Assembly: GCF_964204645.1 (NCBI RefSeq)
Contig: NC_134028.1
Coordinates: 3,720,001-3,784,000, forward strand
Direction of reading: 5' to 3'
DNA length: 64,000 nt
From: Tubulanus polymorphus
Taxonomy: Eukaryota > Animalia > Nemertea
This document shows positions 25,501-38,000 of this stretch, piece after piece; within the stretch, counting starts at the first letter, position 1, and each line of letters opens with the position of its first letter. The notes beneath the pieces were generated by a model, which did not search any database, was not told the DNA's origin, and was given only the letters and a program-made list of their open reading frames with translations. The translations under genes were made by a program, and so were the position numbers.

Positions 25501-28500
25501 CAGTAGTGACGTAAGTCCAAATGTGGTCTTAAACCTTATGACTGGTCTTAAGTTGTTGCACTGACTATAGAGCTGCTGGTCTTAAATCTAAGCTACGACT
25601 GTGGGAATGTCGGGTAAAGACGAAAAATGAAATTATCCAAATAAGCTTTTTATACGCGATTTTCAATCTTGCCCTCGGTAAACACGTTCTGCTGCTCACA
25701 GCTGGGTATGAAAATTTAGCATCACCCGAGTAATTGTTAGCTCAATAATTTCGAAGTGCTATGAACGATGCTTTTCTATGCTTTGTTTGGTGATGAGCTT
25801 TTGATCATTCGCTCATACGTTTTTCATTAAACACCTCACACGAGTCTTCTCGTTCAGAGAATCGTCTTTTAATGTATTATCTCTAGAATATCTGTGCCAA
25901 TGAAGACTCTTGAAAAAACAAACAAGATCTCCGAACGCCGTTCGTTTCTGCCTTGCATTTTTTTGTAAACGATAATGTTTTTCCGAAGATAGTTCTTCAC
26001 GAGGAAATGATGATTTCAAAAGTCTACGGTGTGGAGCGGGAACTAGAACACACCGAGACAGGTGTTCTATTTTATGTAATCTGCTTAATGTAATTCTAAA
26101 ATCAGTCGAACCAATCCACTTCTTAGAAACGTGATTGTCTGGTGAACAGAGATTAACAGGGGCGCGGGATAACGCGAAGGGAAAGGTAAGCGTGCTGGCA
26201 CCGAACAGAAGATAAGAAAACATAGGAAAACCTTGCTCGAGAAAAATCAGTAAACATTGTCAAGAAATTAGCGATGAATACAATACATGATATCATCGCG
26301 CTTTTAATGCATATATTTACATACGCCTTATGCTTATCGGGTGTATAGAATTCTAAATGAAGGAAAATATTTGATGTTGAATAACTCAGTCATCCTGCGC
26401 CGATATTGGATTAATAGTTCCAGGACACGACACCTAGATTTAGGTCAAGCATCATATCAGTCAAGCGTGGATAGCATAAATATTCAATAAAGACACCACC
26501 GTGAGAATAGCTTATCTTCATCAAAGTATCGTAGCCGACACTCAGACGTGAGAATAGATCGATAATATATAACAGTAATCCCATTAAAAACAAATTCAGA
26601 TGAGTAAAAATGAAATTTTCAATCAAAAACTAGAATCTAAAGTTTAAGATACATCGTTTCGGACTCTCTCTTAGAGTCCACACACACACACACCTAAACA
26701 CACACACGCCTAACGATGCATGCACTCCAGCGAGAGTCCTAAATGACGCGTCTTTTAATTTTCGATTTTGATTCTTGATGAGCATATTTCGTTTTTCATC
26801 TTTCGAATTTATATATAGCGGGTTTAATTCTTATCACGCTCGGATTTCACCGTTATAAAACCCGTGACACACATGTCATATAAATCAAATCGCACGAAGC
26901 TTTCAGCGACAGTTTTCGGTGGTAAACTATCAGTTCTACATCAAAATCGAACAGAAATACGACGCGAAAATATTAAAAAAAAAACACCCAAAGAGTTGCA
27001 TTAAATCTATTCGATTTCTCGGTACCGCGGGAATACTATTTCCGGTAGCCATGTCGTTCCCATTCGGTACTTCAATCATTCAATCAAAAACTCGCGTTGC
27101 TCAAATCTCGACGAATGGCAGTGCACGTTTTTCAAAAGTGTACCTTACCATTAAATCTTGACGATTTGACGTTTCTTCATTTCATCTGAACTTCGGGTAA
27201 ATATCATTTATCGAGACAGTAACGATCGCTTTCACGCCGGGAGTTGCTCGGCGAATTAACGTCCTGTTACTTCCCATCCGTCGCAACGGGCCATTAATGA
27301 AATCCAGTTATACGGCGGACTTAATGGACACAAGACGCTGATGTCGCTGGCCGTAAATGTCATCGTCTGGTCTTAGAAGTGGAATTATGTGAATTTAATT
27401 TTCAAAATAAATTGAAATTCCATTTCTTCTAAATGTCTTCCGAAAACGAATAAACTATAAGTGCCCAATCCACTGCTCAACTCGGAAACGTTTGCCCATA
27501 CTCGCTCAACGATTTGATAAAACGAGAATATGCAGTTGTTTTTATTTACAGTTCGTTAATGAGATTGAGTCTAAAATCCCAAAAGTCTTTTTCCTATCAA
27601 CGAATGCGAGTTTTCGATTTTTTTGCAAAAATGTTTCTAATTCATATTTCACTGACGATATTTTATGAATGCACATCCCAACTTGAAACATTTTCCAAAA
27701 TGCCTATTTCCATTCTATCTCAATCTTTCGTTAGAAATATGGATTCGAAATTTACTGTTCATGAAATTCTGTCTAGAATTGCGAAAGTTTCTCTCTGTTT
27801 TTCCAATCAATAAATGCAAGTGTCTGTTATTTTTGTAAATCTTTCTGATTCGTATCTAATTGACGATATTATAATGAACGCTCGATCAATCATGTGCTAC
27901 CTGTGGCTACACCTCAAAAAACACACGCATTTAATAACAATAGAATTCTCGCCGATATAAGCTCGTTTTCAGAAACCGAGACACGACATTCGTTCATTAT
28001 TATTCGCCATACAAAACACGTACACGTAATTCTTTTCACTATGGAAACAAATTTCAGCATAATTCGGCGCATAATCCACAGAGATATCAATAATAACAAT
28101 AACACAGTCGAATGTCTTATGAGAGAAGACTCCGCAGGGAGTCAGTTGTGGCACGATCATTTTCATCTGTCCGCTATTGCGATATCTATTTCAAATTATA
28201 TTTTTAAGTGTCGCGGGACTTTCTTCGAGGATCGATGTCTGAAATGTGAGCCAAGGTAAACTCGATTAAGGATGGATAACGCGTTGGTTTTACCCTCGAC
28301 ACGTTATAAGATCGTCGTCATCGAATAGATTATCGTGTTTCGACCGCGCGAATAGACAATGTGAAACAAATTATTCATTAATGTGACTGTGAATTCACTT
28401 ACCATACATACATATTGATAGTTTAATCATAACTGGTTGAATTATGAATCAAACAATGAAAATGGTTATGTATTTCAGAATTAAAAGTTTCCCATCCGGT

Positions 28501-31500
28501 CGGCCTGCAGGGTTTCCGCAGTCTGGAATCTTTTTGAGGCTAACAACGGTTGAAGCAAAAAGGGTTTGACATCCGATTTTTCGAGAGTTTTTTTTCCCGA
28601 TTTTTCCGATTCATTTCCCATTAAACGGAAAAGAATACATACCGGCTCCCATGAACTGAAATATTTTCCCGAATTAATTTTCCGGAATTTCGATATACCT
28701 CAGCTACATTGATTTATCCGAATAAAAATATTCTTCTGGAAACTTCCAGAAATGTCCGGAAAAAAGTCACCAGTCACAGATACTACACCTTAGATGTATA
28801 AGTTAGCTGGCGAAGTTAAAAATGTAGCGCTTTGAGGTTGGCTCGCTGTTCACCGTCAGCGATGTCCAACCGCTGTGCGGTCATTAAGGCAATTCGTACC
28901 AACTCGCTCAGATATAAAATTTCCTTGACATTTATATATTGGACGGGGAACACGGTAACCGTAAACTGTCGCTCGGTATAATCATCATTTTACTCTCAGG
29001 ATGCGCTGATTTCGTGGCGGCATTCGAGGTTGTTGTACTAAATAACTCGAATCGCCACGCGCAGGAGGGCGATGAAATCGGTTCTTGTTTGTTACGAGGG
29101 TTTTCCAAAAAACAGAAAAAAAACATAGAAAATCTGTCGGTTGACGATGCTTGATAAATTTTAATTTCACGGCTAAGTGCAACTTCACACCGGATATTGG
29201 GTTCCGTCAGACACAGTCTCTTCAATTGATTTTTTCGTGTGAAAAGAAACAAGTAAAAACTAACGTAGGCGGAAGGTCGAGATTTTACTGCTGGCAATTC
29301 GTTCATCTGAGCCTATGGTGTTTTATGCAGGGATAAAACGACCTCCGTTCGAAAACTGTAAGACGTTTTCGGCCTTTTGATTCTCATCAGTCGTCTCGAG
29401 TCAGACGTAACAAGTGTGTCTACATTGCATTGATGACGGCATCAAGTCGCTTTCAATCAGAGCGGGACAAGTATTGAATTAGATTCTAATGGATTTCGCT
29501 TCCGAATGAACTTAACAAGTTCATCAAAGCGATTTCGCATCAGCTGATTGTCTTACGTATTTGTCAAAATGCCTGGTCCATAAATCGAGCATGGGGCGTA
29601 TGTAATATCTTGGAGCTTGGAGTAATGTTGTCGAACTCCAAGGTAATATTACGTAAGTAGGCCGTATACACGCGTGTTTTGAATCTAAGCAGAATCATTT
29701 GAAGTAGAAACAGTAACCGACAACAAGGACAAAATCATCGGAACATACACAAACCTAATCCATGTACAACATCAAATCTATTCGATCAACTGACTTTGTC
29801 TTATCCGCGTGTCTTCTTCGGATTTTATTTATTGATGAGTTGACTTATGGGCTTACTACTTAAATTCTAATTAGTAAACCCGCTGAACCACGCGAATAAA
29901 CGTACGCAGGAAACACGGCTACTGTCCATCGGGTCCTTCGCCGCCGGATTAACGCCTAATCCGTATTTACAAGCGTGAAATATGACCGGTATCTGCGGCT
30001 TGTGTAAGGTTAATCTATCGAGGACTCCGTGGCGTGGTTCACGCTCGGCTTAAACGTGTTAAACGTGTTGATTAGTCGTGTGTGAAAGTTCAATATTATT
30101 CAATGCGACTAAGATTAATTAAATGGAGCTTCGAGACTGACCGAACAGCCGAAGGGAAACGAACGAAATGGTCTTGAAATGTGTTGAGTTATGTCTCAAT
30201 CTGTACGGGGAACTTTCTATTACGCCTTCTAGGCCAGTCAGCGGTTACGTCTTGAACGTACGAAGTAACCGAATAACGTTTGCCTACACTAAACAGACTT
30301 TCCCAAAGGGAATTTTTACCATTCTGTCATTATGCCGAACTGATTTATATTTCCGTACACGGCAGTCTCTTACAAACGTCACTTTGTCAATAATGCTTCT
30401 TTATGTGCAGTTTGGTGACGATACGCATTTCACGTGAGCTTCAATATTGCAACAGGTCATTCGACACGACCGCAGTACCGGCCGTGAGGGACCCGCCGCC
30501 GTCGTGCGCGTCATTTTACAGCATGCAATCATAAGCTATATTTACGAGAATTTTATGTTTGAAGTGAGCCATTACTGAGACCGGGAACTGAAGAGAATCT
30601 GAATTGAAATGACGACTTGTTGCGTTATATGAAAGTCATGTCTAAACACCTATTTATATCAATCAGCGCCAGAACTGACATTCATCCTTAAAACTAGTGA
30701 TAGAAAGCGAATTCGAAACACGGTAAATAAACGGGAAATAAATTTGATGAACTTGAACTATACGTAGAACGCAGGAAAAGGACAGATTTATCCATCTTAT
30801 TTTTGAATAGTATGACTTTGTCGTCGCTAGTTTGGCGCGAAAGTTTCTTCCTAAGTTAAGTTCGGATTTGTAACGTGAAAATAAAAGGTCAAATGGAGTC
30901 CATATCCAAACGATTAAGTAACATCTCTGGGGTATTGATTATGGGGATTAAGATGTAGGAATTCTCTTACTCTTGCGCATAAAAGGTCTTGGTTAAACAA
31001 AATATTCTTAAATAATTCATTTGGCTCTCATGACCCTCATCAATATTCATTCGGTACTACTCCACGCTGTGTGATAGCTCGGTTGAGATGTTTGCTATGT
31101 TCGATGATTTCCGATGGTATGGCGGCGATAATTTTCAATTGTGACGGGGTGAATAGGGATTTTGAGACGTTCGCTTTCTGTTTAAGTATTTCGGTGGCCA
31201 TCGGAATTTCTTGGTCGATGCTATACCAGTGAATTAAAAGGCGGGCGTAGGTCGGCCTTGCAACGGCTTGCGACTCACTGCGACGCTACTCACTGCGACC
31301 GCCCGCGACGATCGCGTCGCAACGACTCACCGACCTACGCTACCTTGCGACTGCCAGTGACGGGTTGCGACTGCCAGCGACGCCAGTCGCAATAAGTCGC
31401 ACATGTTCTACTTTCTGCGACGCGATGCGACCGTCGCAACCGACCTGCGTGCTGTTGCGACTGACAGCAACTAGTCGCACACAGTCGCTGACAACCGCAT

Positions 31501-34500
31501 CGCAACCGACTTGCGCGGCCACTTGTGACGCAACGCGACGATCGCAAGGCCGACCTACGCCCGGCTTAAGAAAACGAAACATTGTTGGCCTGCGTGTGAC
31601 ACTAATTCACGGGTTTATGGATAGCATTTTCTGAACAATTTTACAAAGTGGTTCTATAAAGGTTCTGACTAAATTTTAGTGTTTGTCTAACCCGGAGGTT
31701 AAAACTCAGTTGAAAATGAATTGAGTTAAACCCATGGTCAAAATGTTAACACTGGTCTTTAAAACCAATCCCTGGACTTTTGTCAATATTTGCTACTATA
31801 TAACGTTCATCAGAGATGACGAATCGAGAAAGATGGGCATTATGATCAAATACAACATTCATGATAATATTATCATTTTTCTTTCACTTTTCTGATTCTG
31901 TTGACGTTAAGCAGCGTTGAAACGATCAATGCACGTATAAGTAACGCAGGTACCGGTACTAATACCTAAGTCTGTCTACTTACGAGATCCATTAGAAGGA
32001 TGATACTGAATTCAACTCGCGGATTCAACGAATGGCTTCGATTACTCGGTCCGAAACGACGGTCATAATGTCGAAACAAATCATCGTGCAATCTCGTTTC
32101 GTTCAGTTTATCGCTTTTGCCCGTAATTGCGTCTGTAAGAAAAGTACAAATACGTACGATTATCAAATATGACAGTTGATAAGAAGAGATGCGATACATT
32201 TAAATTCGGCGTTAAGGCGGGCGTAGGTCGGCCTTGCGACGCGACGCATCGACGGTCGCATCGCGTCGCAGAAAGTAGAACATGTGCGACTCATTGCGAC
32301 TGGCGTCGCTGGCAGTCGCAACCCGTCACTGGCAGTCGCAAGCCTACGCCCGCCTTTAAGTATCAATGATTACGAAGTGATATTTTATGTTCGGGTCTTG
32401 AAATAAAGCGTGGACCATTTCGCACGAGTTTAAATCCTCAAACAGTTCGATAAACGAAGGGAATTGTATTTTGTGAATAGACAGGCCGCTTTCATTACGG
32501 GAACTGTGTCGTCTCAGCCGGCACTCTAATGGAAAAGAATAATACACCAGATACAATTCTACCTGAAATCGAAAAACTCTAATATCGTAAACATGTTCTT
32601 CGATGCTATCGACGTTTACTGCTGGGGAAACGTAAATTTCGTCTGTTTTCTTTTGTTGTATTCCCGACGTTGCGCTCGGTAGCGAAATAACGGGTTGGGG
32701 GTAATTAAAACTGTTTCATTCTAATAACGATCTCTCAGTCGGTGTGCCTTACAAAACCATCGGCGCAGAAAATTACTTACGGCCGGTGATTTCTGACTTC
32801 ACTTCTTGCTGAAATTTAGGTACACTGGTAAATTGATTAAGTCTGACGGTGGTGGAGTCTCTATGGATATCATTGACCGACTGTTGACCGATTGATCACA
32901 GGTCAATCAATTACTGATTCCTAACGATAGATACTTTATTGCCGTATATTGATACATCTCCTGAGGTACAGATTGCGCGAATGTGTCACGTCATGTTTTC
33001 CATTTTATAGTTGCTTACAGTGGCTTTTGACTGTAATCGCTGAATGTATCAAATTTATTTTGAGATCTATTCGTTTCAGGAATGCACGCAGACACTCAAA
33101 GACGTCATGTTCTTCGCGAAGGGTTGAATTTGGTTGCTTCTATCTCTGCACATCCTTAATGCATTAATTTTTTGACGATTGTGTGAATTAGAAATTACAC
33201 CAGTTCGCGTTCGGGAATGTGAAATTATGCGGACAAGAAAATGAAATCATTGTGTTTTATGTTGCAATTTTGCGTGTCTAAAGTTCCAGAACTGTTTGCG
33301 AGATAAAATGAGCAATTCTTCGCTTAACAAGCAAACAACGCGGTACAAAATTGTAAAGCCTGCTCTGTTTACTTAATGTGTCTTGTCGAAGTACGCATAA
33401 TGAAATCTACCACACGAAAGGTTTTAGCAGCAGAAACCGTAGGTTTTTACGTTAGTTCTTAATCGTATAGACACAACTCGACCGCGGCAACCATTCGAAA
33501 TCCATTCATCAACGGATGAAACACGATTTCGCTTTCAGTCCCCGCAGCGCTAACAGACACAGACCGGCACCACAAAAGTTACGCGTCAACGACGAAAAAT
33601 TGCGACCCGTAATACGATTGGCTCAGACATCCAGTGTTCTTATCGGGTTAGAACCACTTTGTCATCGAGATTGTTATCCCGAGTGCGGATCTAGATGGAC
33701 AACAGGATCAGAGGAGAAAAAGAAAAACCCGGGTGAGAAAAATGCGATTGAATATGAGCTCGGCGGGTTATAGCGTGACCAGGGGCCCAGTTCCACAGTT
33801 CTGAGTTAAGATTTGACTCTGGGTTAAAACATTGAAAATGAACTAACTTTAACTCAGAGTTAACTCTAACTCACAACTGTGGAACTGGGTCGTTTATCTT
33901 ACAAAGCTAATGAGTGCCACTATTTCCTGCGCTTTTCCACGGGTTTGATATAAAGATCATAGGACACGGACGAATATTTCAAATATTTAGACTGATTTTG
34001 CTGTAAATGAAGTATACGACATAATGTTTGCTCAGATGCCGTGCATGAAAGGTTCTGGTTCTTAGCTTTTCGCGTTGGAATTCCCTGGGTGTCTCGTCAC
34101 CTACCGTTACCTCGATGAGCTAGGTCAGATAAGAACGAGGGGTTTCTAACAAGCAACACACCTTAATTAACGGCAGATACGTCATACAAGTTTAAATATT
34201 TGAGCGGGTCCACGCACACAACAGAACACCACACTCGTCAAATAGACGATAATTGATTCTAAGTCAACATTATGAGTGATACTAATCAAACTAGGAGTCA
34301 GGATCCATCAATCCCAAATTCGCTATCGTATCTATCGATGCATATAAGGGGCGCGAATCAAGTTAGCATTTTCTTTAAAAGAAGAGCATGAAATATTACG
34401 GATAGAAAGATGTGCAAATGTAAAACTACCAATTTCCATTTTGTATCATCCCTGTGGTGTTTTATTGGCGTAATTTGATTCTCATTTTGATTGCCGCTGT

Positions 34501-36206
34501 GAAGTTTCGAAAATAATAAATTTTGATTGCAGTCGTTTTATTCCAGCGGCGCTTGGTCGGCAGCGTTTTCAGTTCAGGGTGTTAAATATTCGATGTAATC
34601 TGTTACCTGTTTGTTACCCTGAGGAAATAAGGCCAGAAGTTTAATTCATCCTGAATTGATTCTATTCATTAATTTTCTGTACGAAGCGTGGCTTTTTTGT
34701 ACTAGTGATTCGACGGGCTACAGAATAAAAACATTTCGTCCGAGCGAATATTCCTAATTGGTGGGCACAGTTCTGGTCATGGTCACGTCAATGCATGGTT
34801 CATAGGTTCGAATGCTAGTCGCGACAGAGTTTCTTGGGCGAAGTTCTCTGGTCTCTCCCACTTGGAAAAAGAGAAACTCCGAACTCGTTAATAATACCCT
34901 GCGTGGTTGGTTGAGGGTATTGAAAAAAGGGCCTGGTCGTATTTGACATTGCGGGTTCACCTTCGCCCGATAGAGACAAATATCAGTTCCAATCATACGT
35001 CGTGATAACTACTGAACATCACCACGTGTACGGAACTGAGTTCCATATTCTATCCGGGTTTTTCATCGAAGAAACTAATAAAGCCGCAATTTGATTTACG
35101 CAACGCGATCGGTAGGTTATGTTCCGTTTGTTCTCGATATGAGATAAAATGAATATAAACGGTCGGTACATGGCATTATTGCCATTCGTATCTTTTGTTT
35201 GTTCTGCGAATTAATTAATTCAATGAAATATGTCTATTTTTCATATATAGATATTTATTCAGGTCCAGCCACATGCTTTAGTCCTTATTGATAACCAAAC
35301 ACGATAGTGATTTTATATAAACCCTTATACCTATGATTCTTTGTTATGCCGTCGTATTTTAGAAATCTGGGGCTCGTTTCGCAAAAACTTCATGAGTAAT
35401 AATATCACAATACTGATAGAACTGTAATTGAATGTTAACTCATTCTATGGGCTCCTGAACCACAGTGGATACCATGCTTTAAGTAGATTTTTAAATACAT
35501 GATGTTCCCCGAAGTTGAAGTCTATAGAAGAAACCTTGAAGTTGAATAAGCCAACATTCAATTAGACATCCTTGTGATGAAATAGGTCTCAACATCAGAG
35601 GTTTCTGAAATTGCTCGCTAGAGAATAGTTCAATTATTTCAGGGCCGTGGAAATTTAAAGTTAAGTCATAGAATGGAAAAGCTTATCCAAAGCTTAAGTC
35701 TTTCAAATATAGTCACAAGAACTGCGATTACACGGTGTCAGCTACGTCATGGATTTTTAGACCATCTACCAATAGACGATGCAAAATGATTGACACAGAA
35801 GCGCTACAGGTTTTTCTACTTACGCCCTTGAAACAGAAATGGCAACTTTTCTGATAAAATGTGGCTGGATTTGTTCGCATGAATGCATTGACATTTAAAT
35901 GAACATCGACTGAGATAAGAGCGAGTTCTTTCTATCACGATTGAAGTTTTAAACCAGACGTTTTCCAATTCGACTTTTTTGCTAGTGCATTTTTCAACGT
36001 AAGGGCGAAGTGAACAAAAGGAGATGCGTCTTTTCTCTATATTCCTCGCTGCTTGGATTGTCTGCATTTAATCTTACGCGTTTTCCAATATACTTGTCAC
36101 ACTTACAGAAAATAGTGTCAACTGAAAAAGATTTCAAAATGTCCAGACACTTACCAGTAAAAAGAAAAACAGTCGTAGATATTAATACAAAATACATAAT
36201 CCACAT
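10563..36206 (-). CDS. Cys-loop ligand-gated ion channel, nAChR-like non-alpha subunit; exons 36206-36155, 32132-31984, 14754-14710, 13720-13611, 11878-11328, 10963-10563 (435 aa)
   Basis: Signal peptide MWIMYFVLISTTVFLFT, ETRLHDDLFRHYD, the 45-nt and 110-nt exons typical of nAChRs (DEVKQVM; WDPEDY..IWLPDL), Cys loop CKMSMRMFPFDKQSC and M1-M4. All splice phases are compatible and the total of 1308 nt is in frame. Confidence 0.88.
12898..13070. mobile_element. Tc1/mariner/pogo-type MITE in a channel-gene intron
   Basis: TIRs cagtagacttcgctcaagtcggatc / gatccggctgggcgaagtctactg, flanked by TA on both sides. Confidence 0.75.
14949..14982. repeat. Perfect hairpin (15-bp stem, 4-nt loop)
   Basis: catggactctaaaac-gaga-gttttagagtccatg, flanked by near-direct repeats gttagat/gctagat. 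Confidence 0.8.
18752..18774. repeat. (ATATC)n microsatellite
   Basis: tcatatcatatcatatcatatca. Confidence 0.7.
18894..19040. mobile_element. Degenerate MITE-like inverted repeat
   Basis: The left arm ...cacgagcgtttttgacccag pairs imperfectly with ttgggtcaaattacttcgtatg. Confidence 0.4.
24130..24199 (-). pseudogene. tRNA-derived sequence (pseudo-tRNA or SINE head, Glu-like)
   Basis: The minus strand reads tggtctactggttagcacg (A box) ... ccgggttcgatctccg (B box) at tRNA spacing. Acceptor and anticodon stems pair poorly. Confidence 0.6.
25487..25615. mobile_element. Degenerate palindromic MITE related to the GGGCCCAGTT family
   Basis: Starts agggccaagttgtacagt, with internal ggtcttaa repeats and a decayed inverted right end. 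Confidence 0.4.
26679..26708. repeat. (CA)n microsatellite
   Basis: cacacacacacacacctaaacacacacac. Confidence 0.7.
31239..31566. mobile_element. Harbinger/PIF-like MITE (AGGCGGGCGTAGG TIR family), long copy
   Basis: TIRs aggcgggcgtaggtcggccttgc / gcaaggccgacctacgcccggct, with internal tgcgac/gtcgca repeats. It shares internal sequence, inverted, with 32215-32355. Confidence 0.8.
31648..31773. mobile_element. Degenerate palindromic MITE (GGGCCCAGTT family), copy C
   Basis: Central ggttaaaactcagttgaaaatgaattgagttaaacc resembles copies A and B. Confidence 0.5.
32215..32355. mobile_element. Harbinger/PIF-like MITE (AGGCGGGCGTAGG TIR family), short copy
   Basis: TTA|aggcgggcgtagg...cctacgcccgcct|TTA, giving a 3-bp TTA target duplication. 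Confidence 0.85.
33783..33891. mobile_element. Palindromic MITE (GGGCCCAGTT family), copy B
   Basis: cccagttccacagttctgagtta ... taactcacaactgtggaactggg forms a near-perfect fold-back with a central ttgaaaatgaa. Confidence 0.75.
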
Positions 36207-38000
36207 GATGATCGATAATCCCGTGGCGTAATCTTTAATAAAGAAATCCTAACAGCCCGTAATATCCAGACGGTTACTCAACAAAACAAAAATCAAGATT
36301 ACGAATTTTTCACCAGGTTTCTGCCATGCGGAAAAGTCCGTTCGTGGCAGCGCGCGGCGGCTGACGTACGAGTTCACGGCGTTTCGTGTAGTCGGCGGCG
36401 GCGGCGTTGTTGCTGTATAATCGACGTATACTGAACGCCGGGACGCCACTTCCGCCGTAAAGTTCTCCGTCGCTAATGACCTTGCAAACGTTGTACCCGC
36501 AATATTGTCACGTGTTGATAATCTAACTAAGTCGACATGGAATGAAGATGCGGCCGTAGTCGCATTATCGATTCAACTTTTATCGCGATTCAGTTATAAG
36601 TTCAATGAATCTGTCCCTCGATTGTTGTCCCAATAATTAGTAGCATCAGGCTGAAATATGTGATTAGTGTTTGCGAGGTCAATGGCCGATACAAAGGGGA
36701 CTCGTGACGTTGGAAAGCACGAGTCTCCAAAGATTCATCCCCGATCTCAATCCAGTTAACTGACTACGTTATTGGTAAAACATTGTTGATTCGTGAATTA
36801 TTTTACGTCATAAGATATCCGTTCACATATTGGGACGTCGACATCTGTGATTGTTTTTGCTGTTTTGTCCTCCTTTCCAGTTGTCCGTCGAAAAACGATA
36901 AGTCGAGAGATGTTCGAAAATCCTTGTAAAAACCGATGGACAATAAACCCCGGGTGGTTCGTGGACTTTATATCGATTAACGTTAAGAAAGGATTTACCG
37001 GCATCAGATGTTGATCGGTCTAAACAGACGCCAGAGGAAATTAGGGAAGGTCGACGGTGGACACAATAAATCGACTGACCGAAATTATCCGGCCACACGT
37101 GCAGACCTTAAACAACCATCATTGACCCGAGAGCCTGTTGCGGCTAAAATTTGGTATCGCAACTTTTTTTAGAAATAGCAATTCTCCATTATTATTATCA
37201 CGCGATCGGAAGACATTTGAACTATCAGACACGACTGTGCAACGTCTACCGTTGAATTTTCTGTCGACCTAAAAATATAAACGTGTTATTGATTGATGAA
37301 CTGGTTTTATCACCATGGACCACCATATTTTCAGATAGACGTTCAAGTCCGGCATTCAAAGTCGATTGGAATCAACCCACATATTTGTCATCATACCAGT
37401 GTCATACACAGTGACACCAGAGGCTTTTTTGTGTGGTTATAGTGAATGCCTCGTTCGTAAAAATGGACTCCACACTCACGTAAAACCGAATCTACAATAG
37501 ACCCATCGATGTTTTATAACCGAACGGAAATGGGTCAACGTGTGTCGGAACATAGCTTTCAATTATAGTGAGAGCTCGTTTCGCATTGCGTATCTGTAAT
37601 ATCTATATATAGCGATTGTTTATAGAATTTCGTGTGTTGACACGTTTGGCAGTGGATTAGATTATTTAAGTGTATATTGTTAGTGTGTTTTCTTATCCGA
37701 AGCGGTAGTTTTATAATCTTATTCTAAAATATTCAAAACAACTCCAGGCGGTTGCTAAATTCGGCGCAGATGGCGCTGACGAGAATCAGGTAAATCATTT
37801 TAAATGGCCTTATTGACCTAGTTCGTTGGCCATATGCTCACACGACATTACATGATGCATGTCTCCGGATACGCGTCAGCAGCACGTCTGTATAATTATA
37901 CGTAAAACGGGATCATATTCCTGATACAAGAAAGAGGAAAACCGTCATTCAGTTTATGTTGGATCTACGATCGATTTGCTTGTAGGTTGGACCAGCCAGT

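Noticed and set aside
25813-26223. 136-aa minus-strand ORF in the large intron
   Set aside because: No recognisable domain or splice support, so it is probably a chance ORF.
31335-31634. Overlapping Cys/Arg-rich ORFs on both strands (also 32163-32369)
   Set aside because: They are translations of the GC-rich MITE repeats, not genes.
32563-32595. Alternative first exon for the channel (MFTILEFFDF)
   Set aside because: Its splice phase is incompatible with exon 2. The exon at 36206-36155 fits both phase and signal peptide.
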